64,000 nucleotides of DNA from the human T2T-CHM13v2.0 reference genome, Homo sapiens. Position 1 is the first letter of the stretch. Each line of letters starts with the position of its first letter. The stretch is from assembly GCF_009914755.1 (NCBI RefSeq), contig NC_060930.1; one strand, 5' to 3'. Shown here one piece after another: positions 13,565-27,292 of the stretch. The position numbers were made by a program, and so were the translations under genes. The notes beneath the pieces were generated by a model, which was not told the DNA's origin, did no database searches, and saw only the letters and a list, made by a program, of their open reading frames with translations.

Positions 13565-14365
13565 AATACAGAAATGTCCTGAACAGACACTTCTCAAAAG
13601 AAGACATACAAGTGGCCAAAAAAAATATGAAAAAATGTTCAGTATCACTAATCATCAGAGAGAAGCAATTCAACACTACAATGGAATACCATCTCACACC
13701 AGTCAGAATGGCTTTTGTTAAAAAGTCAAAAGACAGCAGGTTCTGGTGAAACTGTGGAGAAAAAGAATGCTTATACACTGTTAGTGGGAATATGGTTTCA
13801 GCCACTGTGGAAGCAGTTTGGAGATTTCTCGAAGAACTTAAAACAGAGTTACTATTTGACCCAGTAATCCCATTAGTGGGTATATACCCAAAGAAGAATA
13901 GATCATTGCACAAAAAAGGTACATGCACTCCTATGTTCATCACTGCACTATTCACAACAGCAAAGATATGTAATCAACATAGGAGCCCATCAATGGTGGA
14001 TTAAAGAAAATGTAGTACATATACACCATGGAATACTATGCAGCCATAAAAAAGCAGGAAATCATGTCCTCTGTAGCAACATGGATGGAGCTGGAGGTCA
14101 TAATCCTAAGTGAATTAATGCAGGAACAGAAAATCAAATACCACACGCTCTAACTTATAAGTGGGAGCTAAACATTGAGGACACATGGACACAAACATGA
14201 GAACAATAGACAATGTGGACCACTACAGGAGGGAGAGAGGAGCGTGCGCATTGAAAAACTACCTCTTGGGTACTATGCTCACTACCTATGCTCACTACCT
14301 GAGTGCAATATACCTAGGTAACAAACCTGCACATGTACCTCTGCATCTAAAATAAAAGTTGAATC
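13565..14365 (+). mobile_element. L1PA16/17-like 3' end
   Basis: [28 protein letters not shown]; 3'UTR gtgggagctaaacattgag...tactatgctcactacct...aaacctgcacatgtacc...aaaataaaagttg. Confidence 0.88.
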
Positions 14366-14869
14366 TTTTTTTTTTAAAGAAATGTTCTGACAGGTGTAGG
14401 TACCTGAATATATTTACTGATAAAAATTTTTTTATAAAAATCTATGATCAATCAGCCTATACATATATGGCAGATACTGAACAGGTAAACTCAGTGCCTT
14501 TAATGTTTTTCATTTTATATTTTAAAAATCTGAGCTTTGAATAAGAATTTTATATACATAGGTTCAGGTTAATCAAAACTTTCTTCCATGTAACTACAAC
14601 ATCCATATGTTTAAACTTTGCCCTTAATTTTGCCTAAATCCCTATTTACAATATTACACATTTTTTTCTTAACTTCTGCATTATTTTTTCCTGAAATTTA
14701 TAGATAATTGCTAAGTATTATTGACATATTTTGGATTATAATAGAACATTTATTTAAATTTGTACTAGAACCAGCTTAAATATCATTCAGCTAATTATCA
14801 CATTAGTTATTGAAGACTCCAAATGCCTAGTTTTTCCCCTGTGGAATAGGAGAACATGTTTTCAGTTTG

Positions 14870-15950
14870 GCATTCTGGCCTTCGCTTACCCCTATGTTCC
14901 TCAAATTCCTAGTAATACCACATTTCTGGTTCCTCTGACTTCTCAAGGACTATACTGTTGCTCTCTTCCGGCTTTCAGATGTTCTCATTCCCTCACTGCC
15001 GTCTTTTCTCTCTTCTTCTGGCTCCTGTTTGACTACAAAATTGCATAAATCTCGATCTCGGCTAAAAACATCTTTCCTTGACTTGAAGGTGGTTTTCACT
15101 GTTTTGCCTCTTTTCTTTTCATCTCGAACTTTTAGAAGGCATATAAACTCAGAAATCATTACTCACACCATTCTCTCCTTGATCTTCTGTGATGTTGATT
15201 TTGTGCATGTGACTGAATCCAAATTGTTTTTCTTGTCTCAATTTCTGCTTTCTCAAGTTCTCTGACTTACGCCACAGTATACTCTCACTCAGAGAATTTG
15301 CTATGCTTATTTCCTATACCTTAATTACAATTAGCTCTTTTGACAAAAAAGAGCCCAATATATAAAAGGAATATATTATGTTTGTGTGTATATTTTGCAC
15401 ATATAATGACACACCTTATGTTCCTTAATATATAAAAAAAATTCCAGTAACATTTCTTATACTATTATAATTTGGGCATAAGTTTGGCTTAAGACTGTTT
15501 ATCTATTGACGTATGTCTGGTTAGCTTATCTTTGGCTTCTCTTGCCTTTATTCCTTCTATTTTTCTTCCACACTCACGGCCTCAATTCTCACGCCTATTA
15601 ATCTATTTTCTGGCCCATACATGTCTTTGTACACTTCTTTCTAGGAATTATTTCAGCACTTCAAATTCAATTAGAGAACATTAGGGCATTTCCTTCCCTC
15701 CCAAACCTGTCAATGCTCCCTTCTTTCGTATTTCGTTAAGAGCACCACCGAATTAGGGGGACACTCAGATACAAAGACAAATACTCAGAGTAAATCCTGC
15801 TTGCCCCTGTTTCTCGAGTATAATCATCTATGAACTCTGTTGGATTTAGTCCTAATTTTCAGATAAATCTCTACTTCTCCATTGTCACCTTTTTCATTTA
15901 GGGCTTAATTCTCAATTAAAATACTTTTTCAGAGCCTTAACTGATATTTT
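14870..15950 (+). mobile_element. Highly decayed L2 fragments
   Basis: Pyrimidine-rich L2-like blocks (aaaacatctttccttgacttg..., ccctcccaaacctg...). Confidence 0.45.
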
Positions 15951-16269
15951 TACTTCCATTCTCTTTTCCTCATTAGTCTCTCATATGTAAAATTATCTCG
16001 ATAAAAATATAGTGTTATATATTCTGATACAAATCTTGAAATATGTAAACCAGTATATTCTCTTTGTACTTTTGCAGCACTTGAACTCCTCTCTGTGGGA
16101 GGAAATACATATTCTGAAATATCAGAAAATTTGAAATGTGTCTGCATTTTTATGTGGACAACAACAGAATAACTGATATGGGGACTGTCTTTAAATATCT
16201 GAAAAAAAAATAATGTCTGACAGCTAGCCAGTTCTTACTCAGTGTCCCACATCTATTTAGAGTAAGGGC

Positions 16270-16430
16270 TAGATGGGTTCTATTGCTATCCCTGTTTATG
16301 TGAGTAAACTTCAGCTTGAAGAAGTTAATGACTTTCCCACAGCCCTCATCCTATTAGGCTGTGAAACAAGGATTATAAATAAATGACTCTAATTTTAGAG
16401 CCCTCACTTATGTTTGATATTTTATAGCCA
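16270..16430 (-). mobile_element. MIR
   Basis: gtttatgtgagtaaacttcagcttgaagaagttaatgactttcccacag. Confidence 0.6.
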
Positions 16431-16889
16431 TGTCACTCAGTAAGTCTCTGTTGAAGAAATTCAAATGCTACATGGAAGAAGATTGTAGGAGCATCAGACT
16501 TAATAGGAAAGATAAGAAGATGTTCAGATTTAGATTCATTAAGCTTATGAATGAATGTGCTGTGGATAGTCTTTTAGAAAGAAACCCTATCAGTAAAAAT
16601 AGATACTTTAATGTTATTCCGTTAATATTACCATCTTAATTTATCATAGAATAAAACCTCTAAACATCAGAAAAGCTGAAATAATCAAATATGAACTATA
16701 GCAAACTCTGAAATAAGAGTGCTCACTATAAGCAATGAAGAAATGAGGAAGTAATAAGAGGGCATAGTACCTATGAATGAAAAAAAGAATTAAACACAGA
16801 ACTAAAGTCAACATGTATGCCAGGTGGACCTCTCTAGAAGTATCAAAACTGCGGAAGAAAAAAAAGGAGCTTAAATATCTAGTAGGTCC

Positions 16890-17700
16890 TCATTAAATGA
16901 TGCTCAACATTACTAATCACTAAGGAAATGCAAATAAAGAGAGTGAGATACCACTTCATACCCATTAGGATGACTAGTATCAAGTCAGAAAATAACACAT
17001 ATTGGCAAGGAGTGTCAATATATTGGAACTCTTGTGCACAACTGATGATAATATAAAATGGTGCAGCCACTGTGGAAAACAGTATTTCAGTTTCATAAAA
17101 TATTGAAAACAGAATTACTATATTATCCAGAAATTCCACTTCCGGATATATACTCAAAAGAATTGAAAATAGAGTATTGAAGAGACATCTGCATTTCAGC
17201 ATTTATACCAGCATTATTCACAATAGCTAAAAGGTAGAAGATACCCAAATATTCATCAATGGATAAATAAATAAGAAGAATGTACTATGTACATACTGTG
17301 CAATGGAATATTATTCAACCTTAAAAGAGATGGAAATTTTGACACATGCTACAATATGGATGGACCTTGAGGACACAATGCTAAGTGAAATAAGCCAGTC
17401 ACAAAAAAACCCCGCAAATACTGTATGATTCCATTTACATAAGGTATCTACAGTAGTCAAATTCATAGAGATAGAAAGTAAAACAAGGACTACCTGGGGC
17501 TGAGGGAAGGAAGGAATGGGGAGTCGTTTAATGGCTATAGGGTTTTAGTGTCATAAGATGAAAAGAGTTCTTGAGATGAATGGTGGTGATGTTTTTGCAA
17601 CAATAATAATGTACTTGATGCCATTGAATGGTACACTTAAAAAGGGTTAAAATGTAAATTGTATATTTATTTTATCACAATAAACAAAATTGAAAAAAAA
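16890..17700 (+). mobile_element. L1MB-like 3' end
   Basis: ORF2 end plus 3'UTR gtatgattccatttacataaggtatctacagtagtcaaattcatagagatagaaagt...gagatgaatggtggtgatg. Confidence 0.88.
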
Positions 17701-20700
17701 TAGTGGGCCTTAAGCAAAGGAAGCAGAAATTGTCAGCCACAAAACACTTCCTGCTATATCAAATTATTCCTTATGAGTCTATTTTTTGGTTACTAATCTG
17801 ACAAAACAACCAGAGCAATTAGTATGTACAGACTCAGGCCTAACTTGTCAATAAAAACTAGATTATACTTTATTTTCCTATAAAATGAAAAATTGATACA
17901 TTACAAGATGATTTTTATCTTGATAGATTTTTCCCTTTTTTTAAGGAAACAGGCAAAATGGTAATATTAATGCTAAACAGACATTACTTAAAGTTATAAA
18001 CAACTTTCTGTAACTCCTTTTATGACCAATTATAGTTACATTTGTAGAAATTTTTTAATGAGTGTCATAGCTAATAATTGTAGTCCCCCTCATCTGATCT
18101 GGTATTTTTTTTTTCCTTGAGCTCCACTGAAATATAGTTGTGAGAGAGTATTAAGACACATATGCATGCACTTCTGGAAAAAAAAAGTGGCTATTATATG
18201 CAAAGACAGAAAACTGGAGCTACTCCTATTCCTTTCCAGGAACATTATATGTTATCTGATGGCTCATCACTTCTGAAAAACCCAGGGGTAAAAGCACCAG
18301 ACAGTTTAAAAGATCTCTGGTATATTCTCCAGACACCAAAAGGATTTATTACATGCAAATTTCCATTAGTGCTAATGGGAGTTATTATAAGTGATTCATA
18401 CTTTACATATATAAACTAAAAGGTCTTTTCTATTTTGCTCACATTGAATGAATCTTTTGATTTACAAAATTATAGAAAAGGTGAGGAATAAGCATCAATA
18501 TTTTAAATATTTAAAAAGTAACTATGGGTGAAATAGTGCTCTTTATAGTCAAATAATTTCAAATGTTAATTTTTAAATTCCCAATAGTATGGCCTTAGCA
18601 TTGCTTTCTCACTCCTCCTAGTGTGTAGTTAGGTAGTGCAGACCAATATTAATATTAGATTGATATACTGCTGTTATTAGTCATATAATACATGACAAAG
18701 CCAAATAAAAAGAAGGTTTTCTTGGTACCTTAACTTTGAGTATAATTGAAAGCAAATTATCCTATCTTACAATCACACCATTATTTATTGGGAAACTTCA
18801 AGGTACTGAACTATGTTATCTAGGATAAAAGCTTTGATGTCTTATTGGAGAAGCATATGATTTGGTAGAAAAATATGTTAGTTGAAATATGAATGCAAGT
18901 TTCCTTTGCTTCTATCCCCAATATTGTCATAATCCTAAGGCCTTGCTTCTTTGAATTAGATAAGGCATTATGCATGATCCGCTCCAGGAAGAAATGATGC
19001 AAGAGAATACAGAACAGAAAAAGTTATTTCTTCTATTTCTGAATTTCAAAAGCCTAGAATTCCAAGGAATCATATAAAGGGCTCATAAGCAGGGTCAGGT
19101 GGTATTGAAAAATGATGATGTATCAAAACAAGATTTTCCACTCCTGAGACTAGATAACAGGCTCCGGGGGCAGGAAAAATGAAGGCAACTGAGGAGAGTT
19201 AAATAATCACCTGTCACTGAGCACAGGGTTATTACTCTGTCAGGTCTCTGTCAAGGATTGAGTGAATATAAGGAGAATACTCACTTAGGTTTAGAAATTA
19301 GACAATGGATGGAATCTGCACCTACTTTCCCTATAGAGTCTGGGTAGCCTGGCAGGTCTCCAGAACAGAAATATTGGCAGGTGTACCTAGAAAAGTAAGA
19401 ATTAGCTCATGGGATCTCCTTGGCTCAATATGATGCAATTTTAGAATGTTCTCTGAGTTTCTAAAAGGAGGTCCAAAAGTATTCAAGAGATAATACATTA
19501 AAGGAAAGCTGAAATAGCAATGGATTGAACTGACTTAAAGCCAAAGATTAAGTAAAAAATAAAATTCATCAAAGGGTGTCCAGAAAAGTAGAAGTGACAG
19601 AATTTGACAGGAAGAGGCAGATTACACCACCTCAAAGTCTTGAAGCCCCCAAAAGCCCTGTAGTGTTTATGTTGCAACTAAGAGGTAAGGAGAGGACAAT
19701 TAAAACTTAGCCCAAATTAAGTTTCCTCCTAATGCTGAGTGAGAGACCCCTAAACTGATAGTGAGTTGTGTTATAGAAAAGTGAAGCTATACATCTCTGC
19801 TATCTGAGAAGTCTATCTGCTTCCTATTCATACTACAAAGCAAAACATGATCACTCCATAGTAGGAGTAAAAAATAAGCCTTATGGGAATTTGGAACCAT
19901 TATACAAGAAGTGTGTAGAGAAATATAAATATTTCCACTTTAACTATTTATGGCATTATTATAACAAAGCAAAGCAACACAAAACAAAAATTTACAAATG
20001 TTTTTGATGTGCCAGAAACTGTGCTAAACATTGTAGTTGAAATACAAATAAAGTTTTTCTTCCAAAAGAGCTCAAAATCTACCAATAGAGATAAATATAT
20101 TATTAGCTCTGGTGCCTTTAAATATACCTTTTAAAATAGGTTGTTGTGGATAGAATACAATTCTCATTATTGGCTATCTCTACAGAATCTGAATAATTAC
20201 TAGATGGAGATTTTAGAGGATATTCTTGCATGCTGCAGAAGTTTGGACAAGTGACCACTAAGATTCCTCTTTATGATGATATTCTGTGGTTTTATGGTGA
20301 TAGAATCCTGAAAAATAAGGTTGAAATGCTAGACAATTTATTGCATGTAGATTTATGTTTAAAGCCAGTTAAACCACAAATTATTTGGATTATGCTTACT
20401 GATTTTGAAGACTCATTCCCAGCCTTTTTTTTTTTAATTTTTCTTTTCCAATATACATTGGGCTATATTATTCTATTTTTAGTAGTGTTAGCTCATAGAA
20501 TGAAACTCATTCCCATTTACATTATGTCAATAAATATTTCAATCCCAGAAATAAACAAATCTCTAGAAATTTTGCTCATATAATGGCCTAATGCCAAGTT
20601 TATAGTTTTGTTGAGGAGCTTACACATGGCCTTTGTCTAGGTGCAAATAAGCAAAAAAGCTTTTCAGAAAACCAATCATTTTCACAGACTGCAACTTCCA

Positions 20701-21989
20701 AAATTAATAAAAAATTTTAAGTAATGGTTCAAAATGTATACCGATCTTGATCACATATGCAAAGATGAGTAAAATCAATTTAGCATTAAAGGTACAGGCT
20801 GCAGTTTCAGATTAGTAGCTGGCGTAGCAGGCAGACATGGTTTTCTGCAAATTTTCTGCTCTGAGATGAGCATTTGTGATTCAACTATATGGCTTTGAAA
20901 GATTTTCATAAAAATTCAAAAAGGAAACTTTAGAGAAAAAATAATACATGTTCAATCAAAAAAGCAATACATGGTTTTAAGTTAGATTAAAATGTCTGGT
21001 AAGGATTGAAATATACTCTTGTTTTTGGCTTGAATATACAAGATATACCTACATGTTTCATAAATATTGATATTTGCATCATGATGGTGTCTGAGCCAAA
21101 GTTCTTATAGAAATAATCTGATGCAATTCAATAAATATTTCAGAGAACTTTGTATTTTTATATATTCTGCTGAGCATGTAAAGGTAAATGACAGAGTGCC
21201 TGTCATTAAAGAGTTAATGGTTGAACATGAAGTAGAATACTGACATAATCATATAACACACATACACACTCACATTGTGTGAGTGTGTGTGTATGTATAA
21301 GACAAAGCACAGAAATTATGAGTAATAAAGTGAAGTGAAAACCTTAAAAATAAATAAAAGGGAGGTGGGGGGTCAAGTGAGATAGCCTGAATGAAGCTCT
21401 TTCATTGGATATACATGACAATTCTACCCTCCTTGTAACTTTCTTTTGTCATTTTTTTAGTAGCCGTGTATCTCATCAGCTATTCCTTTTAGATCCCTTT
21501 CTTCGATGTGTTATTAATATCTCTACACACAATCTAAATGTTGGAGAACCTTAGGAATGAATACTGGTGCTTCTTTCTTTACCTCCTATCCTTGGTTTTA
21601 AGTTCCATCCATATTCTGACGACTACTTGAATTTTACCCCCACACTATTCCTCCCCCGTTAGGCTGGTATATTCTACTGTCTATAATATTTGGCATCTTC
21701 ACATGATTTTGTTTCTACTATCTCAAGTATATTCAAATATTAATTAGAAACTTCTTCCCCAATCAGCAAACCCGTTTTCACCACGTTTCCCCATGTCAGT
21801 GGATGATGCCAGTGTTCACCATGACTTCAAACCCAAAACTGCGGGAGTAATCATTGAACTCTTTTTACCTCCCATCCTTCAAAACCAAAGCAACATCAAA
21901 CCATATTGTCTTCCCAAAATATCATATCAACTCAGTTCACTCTATTTCCATTTCTATTATTAGACTGCAAGCCCAAAGCAGGCCAATAT

Positions 21990-23225
21990 ATTGATTTCGA
22001 TTCACAAAAATCAATCTACTTATAGCCAACATGTTAAAATTCAATTGAAGTATTTCTTTAAGAAAATCAAATAACTATTACCAAAATAAATTTGTTAAGT
22101 AATCAGTTCACTCACTGGCCAGTTTACTAAATTTCCAAATGATTAATTTACCAAAACTTTGTTTTTCTAAATAAACAAATTTGCTTAAAATCAATTATTT
22201 AAAAGCCAAATAATCAGAATCCAATTACCAAAAATTACCAAAAATGCAAATTCACTCAAACTTTTTTTTTTTTTTTTTTTGAGATGGAGTCTCACTCTGC
22301 CGCCCAGGCTGGAGTGCAATGATGCGATCTCAGCTTACCGCAACCTCCGCCTCCTGGGTTCAAGCAGTTCCCTGCCTCAGTCTCCCAAGTAGCTGTGTTT
22401 ACAGGTGCCTGTCACCACGCCCAACTAATTTTTGTATTCTTAGTAGAGACGGGGTTTCACCGTATTATCCAGGCTGGTCTTGAACTCCAGACCTCGGGAT
22501 CCATCCACCTCGGCCTCCCAAAGTGCTGGAATTACAGGCTCAAACATTTTTATATTAAATATTTATATAGTTTCTAGCATATTGTTTTACATACATGGTT
22601 TCTAGAGGATTTTTGAATTGTAAGATGAGTTGATTCATAATAGTTTTGAGACTGCTGAATTTTACTTACTCCAGTTGTTTGTACTGAATTTGTTGTACTA
22701 GTTTACTCAAATGTCTACTTTAAGAGGGGTTCACATTTCAGACTTCAAGAAATCCTCAAATATTCAGCTAATTGAGCTCACAAATGATTATATGACTGAA
22801 AATTTATTGAAAAACAGAAACTTATTCTTTCACTTTAAAATCCCAATATTGAATATATGCCACATAACTGTCATTAAAAATGCAGAAGTTATTCTTATTC
22901 TCAAATCAGGGAATAGTAGAACAACCAGGCATACACTAAATTTTGGCTTGCTAGAGTAAAATGGATCATAATAAATAAAAATAAACTGGATATAAAAATA
23001 GACAAATAAAAACAAATTGACTAAAACATCTCAGAAATTTTTAAAATTAAAATCATTCATATCAAAATATCTCTAAACTTCATGAATACATAACATTTTC
23101 TAGTAAATTGATAAATTTGACAAATTAATCATTCAGTATATTTATGAGTTATTTTTTAAGGATTTGTTCATTTTATAATTGATATATGTTTTCCCTTGGG
23201 CAAATTGAAATTAAATGATTCATTC
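21990..23225. mobile_element. Foldback-like ancient DNA transposon with inverted, internally repetitive arms (possibly MER99-like)
   Basis: Left arm has many CAATT(T/C)ACCAAA-like units; right arm has reverse-complement units (tagtaaattga, ttgggcaaattgaa); it interrupts an L2. Confidence 0.5.
22262..22539 (-). mobile_element. AluS, slightly 5'-truncated
   Basis: Poly(T) followed by Alu ending ...attacaggc; TSD-like ctcaaac(a)tttt on both sides. Confidence 0.95.
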
Positions 23226-24519
23226 ACTGTATCTTCTTTGGAGTATTACAATTCTTCCTAACTAGTTTCCATTCTTATTTTGTTCTTGGGCATTCTAACA
23301 ATTCTATCTCTACCAAGCTGTCAGAAATATCATTTTTAAATTCTATGATGACCATGTTGCTACTCATTTAGAGTCTATTCATGGAGCCCCAATTTACAAA
23401 GTAAAATCTAAACTTCTTACCAGAAGCCTTCAGGTATTTTGGTGATTTCACCCCAACTATATCATCAACTTCATCTCATGCCACTCTCCTCTTTTTTACC
23501 ATCACGTAGTCACCTGGCTTTTAGTCCCACTCCAGAACAAAATTAAATATTTTTGTCTAAGGTCGTGGCATTGTTCTCTGCACCTGAAATGTTCTTTTTC
23601 TGGTTCTTCCCTTAGTTGGCCCCTTTTAGTCTAAAATATCACTCCCTTAGATAATCATTGCCATTTATCTATTTAAACTGCCTCTATTATTCTTTACCAT
23701 AGCAACCTGCTCTTTTCCTTCCAAATTATACTTCCTTCTAGGTTACTTTTATGTATGTATTAGGTGATACATTAATTTTGTATGTAACTCCTTGTAATAT
23801 AAATTTTATGAGAAAAGCAAACTTGTCTATATAGTTTAATATTGCACTATTGTTGGGTTTAGCACATGGTAGGTGGTCTATATGTATTTATTATTTTACA
23901 GAATAAAAGCAATATTATGATATTTGGGACAACAAAAATAATCAGATGGAAATAAGGGAAATTGACTTTTAATATAAAAAATGGATTCTAGAATCTATCA
24001 TATCAGACCAACATGTTTGATATCAACATAAAAATTCCACAATGGATTATCACATAAATTTGCTAAGATATGCAAAAGTAATATCAGTAGTGATCATCCT
24101 TGCTAGAACATATGTAAAATTAAGTTGACTTGCTAAATCCTGATTAGATCTTTAGACCTAGAAAGTGACTGCTGCATAAACAGTGTGTTTTTATTTTAGT
24201 CTACACACAGCATAATATAAATAATTTTACATATAAGGTGTAAAAAATAAACACTAATTTATATTATAGGCATTTAGATTCATGGCTACTTGTGCAATCT
24301 TCTCAAAAAAAAGAGTATTGATTAATGAAATGTCATTGTAGAGAAACTGCTCTAGTGAAGTATGTCATAGGATTATATTTTGGCTGTTTTTTAATTTTAA
24401 AATATCAACAATATTTCTGAAAATGTGTAAAGCAAGCAGATCAATGTTATAAAGCAGTAAGAACTGTTAAATATTGTATGAAAGAATTAGGCTAAAACTA
24501 TGTGAAAACAGGAGAGAAT

Positions 24520-24900
24520 AATGAGCGAAAAAAAGCAGATAAATTTTGTTAAGAATAAATATAAAAATTTATATTAATGTGTGCAATTAATATAGATATT
24601 TGGTGAGGGAAGATTGTTTAGCAGCTCTTTGAGGAGTGGCAGACAGAATGTTTCAGTGGAACTCAAGCTTAACCGGAAGCCACATTATTATGTTTGCAAT
24701 GGGGAAAGGGGAAGTTAGAAAGGTTCTATTAATAGAATATTATTCAGACAAAGAGAGAGCTTAGTCTCATTTCAATATTCAGGAGTCCGACCACTTTAAA
24801 CATAGTATATCTAATTCGGACGTTTACATTTTAAATATGAGATTAAGACACAAAAGCTTATCCAAAAGGTAAAAATGCTTGGGAATTGTTATTTAAGCTC
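24520..24900 (+). mobile_element. CR1/L3 LINE relic
   Basis: tttagcagctctttgagg...actcaagcttaac...aggttctattaatagaatatt...gaccactttaaacatag...acattttaaa is colinear with the L3 RT 3' region. Confidence 0.6.
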
Positions 24901-25084
24901 CAGGTATATAAATTGTAAGCCAGAAAGCAAAGCAGCCATATGATATGAGAAGAAGGTTTAGACAGATAAATTAAAAATTTTTAAGGGGTTAAATGTTTTG
25001 ATTTTATTATAGTTAAAAAGTAATTTTTAAATGTTAAACAAAGAAATAATATGAACAATAGTTCCACAGGAAATGGTAGTATTA

Positions 25085-25330
25085 TAATGACAAAAGCTGT
25101 CATTTATTAAGCATTTAGGTGGCATGTTTTATAGAATGTAGTTTACATGCATTATTTCATGTCACTCATACAGAATATCTTGGAAAAATCGATATTATTT
25201 CCCATGTTATGTAATTAGAAGCACAAAATAATTTCATAATGTTTTCCAAAGTTCAGAGTAAGAACGTAGCAGCATTGAAATTTAAGCCTAAATGTGCCGG
25301 ATTATCTAGTTTGTTTTTAATATGATAGGT
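25085..25330 (-). mobile_element. MIR
   Basis: catttattaagcattt...tttacatgcattatttcat...tattattttcccatgttatg. Confidence 0.6.
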
Positions 25331-25750
25331 TATTTTTTCCAGATTCTTTACATTATTTATATTTTATGTCTTTGTAATGAATATGGATTATTTTGATGAA
25401 ATGTGTTTAAACTAAAATAATAAAAATTCAAAAAGTATGGAATTGGCAACCTGAAAGTAAAAGCAGAAAATGATTTGCAAATGGAGAGAGAAACATTTCT
25501 GAAGACGAAAAGTGTATTTTTCTCTTAAAATGTTTATATTCATTAATCTTCATTTCATGCATTTTTTGAAGTGACTAAGAGAATATTTTTAATATCCAGC
25601 ATAAAATAAATATTGTCTTATGTTCTCATAGAAAACAGTTTCAACCTTTGATTATTTAATACACGCCATCCTCAGAAACCTGTCGAGGCTCAACCTTTAA
25701 ATTAACAATTAACATTTGTGTTAATACTTTGAAGTTTATTTATTTTTGTT

Positions 25751-25891
25751 GGCTAAGCATAGTGGCACATGTCTGTAGTCCCAGCTACTTGGGAGGCTGA
25801 AGCAAGAAGATTGCTTGAGCACAGGAGTTTGAGGCTGCAGTGAGCTATGATACCGCCGCTGTATTTCAGCCTGAATTAAAAAAAAAAAAAA
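25751..25891 (+). mobile_element. Free Alu monomer (FRAM/FAM-like)
   Basis: Single right-arm-type monomer (gaggctgcagtgagctatgat) with poly(A). Confidence 0.8.
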
Positions 25892-26476
25892 GTCAAAACT
25901 TTTTCCCATTTGATTCTCATACAATGCCTCCTCGTTTTACAGAAAAGAAAACAGAATATCAGAAAATCAGAAAATTTAGAGGCCACAGAGGACACAACTG
26001 GTATAACAAAACTACAATTCAGTACTTCTGACTCCAAATTTTGTTTTATTCACCATGTAGACTCAAAATAGCAAAGGCAGGAAAATGCACATAAAATAAT
26101 ACAAAAAGCCGTATGTCATAAAAAGCAGCATTATTGGTAAGTTTTTGACGTCAACATCTTCAATGCTGAGACTTTGAGACTCTTAGAGAGTGCCCTTGTC
26201 CAGTTGAACATTCTTAAATGTCATGTGATGACAAATTGAATAACTGTATCGTATTCAAACCCATCTTTACTTTACTTATCTTTTTATTTAACTAGTAATT
26301 ATATTCTAGGAGGGGAAATAGAACACTAGCCATACCCTCTTGAAATAAATTCTGTATTGTCCTTTTATACAGATTGGTTTTGTTAAGAGTTAAATTGAGC
26401 CAATGTGTTACCAAGTTTGTGGCATAAAATTAACTCCATATAGAAAGATGGTTTCAACTTTGAGTTAACATGGTTT

Positions 26477-27271
26477 TGAGAGGTGAAGCCAGCTGGGCTT
26501 CTGGGTTGGGTGGGGACTTGGAGAACTTTTCTGTCTAGCTAAGGGATTGTAAACACACCAATCAGTGCTCTGTGTCTAGCTAAAGGTTTGTAAACGCACC
26601 AATTGGCACTCTGTAAAAACGCACCAGTCAGCGCTCTGTGTCTAGCTAAAGGTTTGTAAACACACCAATCAGCACTCTGTAAAAATGCACCAATCAGCAC
26701 ACTGTGTCTAGCTAAAGGTTTATAAATGCACCAATCAGCACTCTGTAAAAACGGACCAATCAGCACTCTGTAAAATGGACCAATCAGCAGGATGTGGGCA
26801 GGGCCCAATAAGGGAATAAAAGCTGGCCACAGAGCCAGCAGCAGCAACCTGCTTGGGTCCCCTTCCAAGCTGTGGAAGCTTTGTTCTTTGGCTGTTTCCA
26901 ATGAATCTTGCTGCTGCTCACTCTTTGGGTCCGCACTACCTTTATGAGCTGTAACACTCACCATGAAGGTCTGCAGCTTCACTCCTGAAGCCAGTGAGAT
27001 CACGAACCCACTGGGAGGAACAAACAACTCCAGACACGTCAACTTTAAGAGCTGTAACACTCACTGCGAAGGTCTGCAGCTTCACTCCTGAAATCAGCTG
27101 GACCACGAACCCACCAGAAGAAAGAAATTCCAGACACATCTGAACATCTGAAGGAACAAACTTTGGACACACCGTCTTTAAGAACTGTAACACTCACCGC
27201 AAGGGTCCGCAACTTCGTTCTTGAAGTCAGGGAGACCAAGAACCCACGGGAAGGAACCAATTCCGGACACA
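26477..27271 (+). mobile_element. ERV9 LTR (LTR12 family)
   Basis: Starts tgagaggtgaagcc; U3 tandem caccaatcagcactctgtgtctagctaaaggtttgtaaa units; U5 tandem ctgtaacactcac..gaaggtctgcagcttcactcctgaa units; ends ttccggacaca. Confidence 0.97.
26555..26825 (+). promoter_or_regulatory. LTR12 U3 promoter/enhancer: cluster of about 7 CCAAT (NF-Y) boxes and AATAAA-type TATA element
   Basis: Repeated (c/g)accaat motifs, then gggaataaaagc at ~26812-26823; NF-Y dependence of LTR12 promoters is established. Confidence 0.7.
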
Positions 27272-27274
27272 TTT

Positions 27275-27292
27275 TGGCGACCCAGAGGGGAC
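27275..27292 (+). other. Retroviral primer-binding site (tRNA-Arg type)
   Basis: TGGCGACCCAGAGGGGAC directly after the LTR end plus TTT; differs by 1 nt from TGGCGACCCAGATGGGAC, the complement of a tRNA-Arg(CCG) 3' end as I recall it; HERV9 is Arg-primed. Confidence 0.85.

Larger units (their letters stand above)
21480..23890 (+). mobile_element. L2 (two colinear halves, ~21480-21985 and ~23225-23890) split by a DNA-transposon-like insert
   Basis: Left half ends ...ctatttccatttctattatt...cccaaagc; right half resumes cactgtatcttctttggagtattacaattcttcctaactagtttcc and ends tagcacatggtaggtggtctatatgtattt. Confidence 0.7.

Noticed and set aside
18990-19830. Possible ancient LTR (similar impression at ~50540-51430)
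   Set aside because: Composition is suggestive but I could not identify termini or a family confidently
20230-20583. 117-aa hydrophobic ORF
   Set aside because: Low-complexity F/I/L bias from T-rich DNA; no recognisable domain or exon structure
26539-27272. 173-aa and overlapping minus-strand ORFs
   Set aside because: Antisense translation of LTR12 tandem repeats (repeating QSADWCVYKPLARH); not a gene
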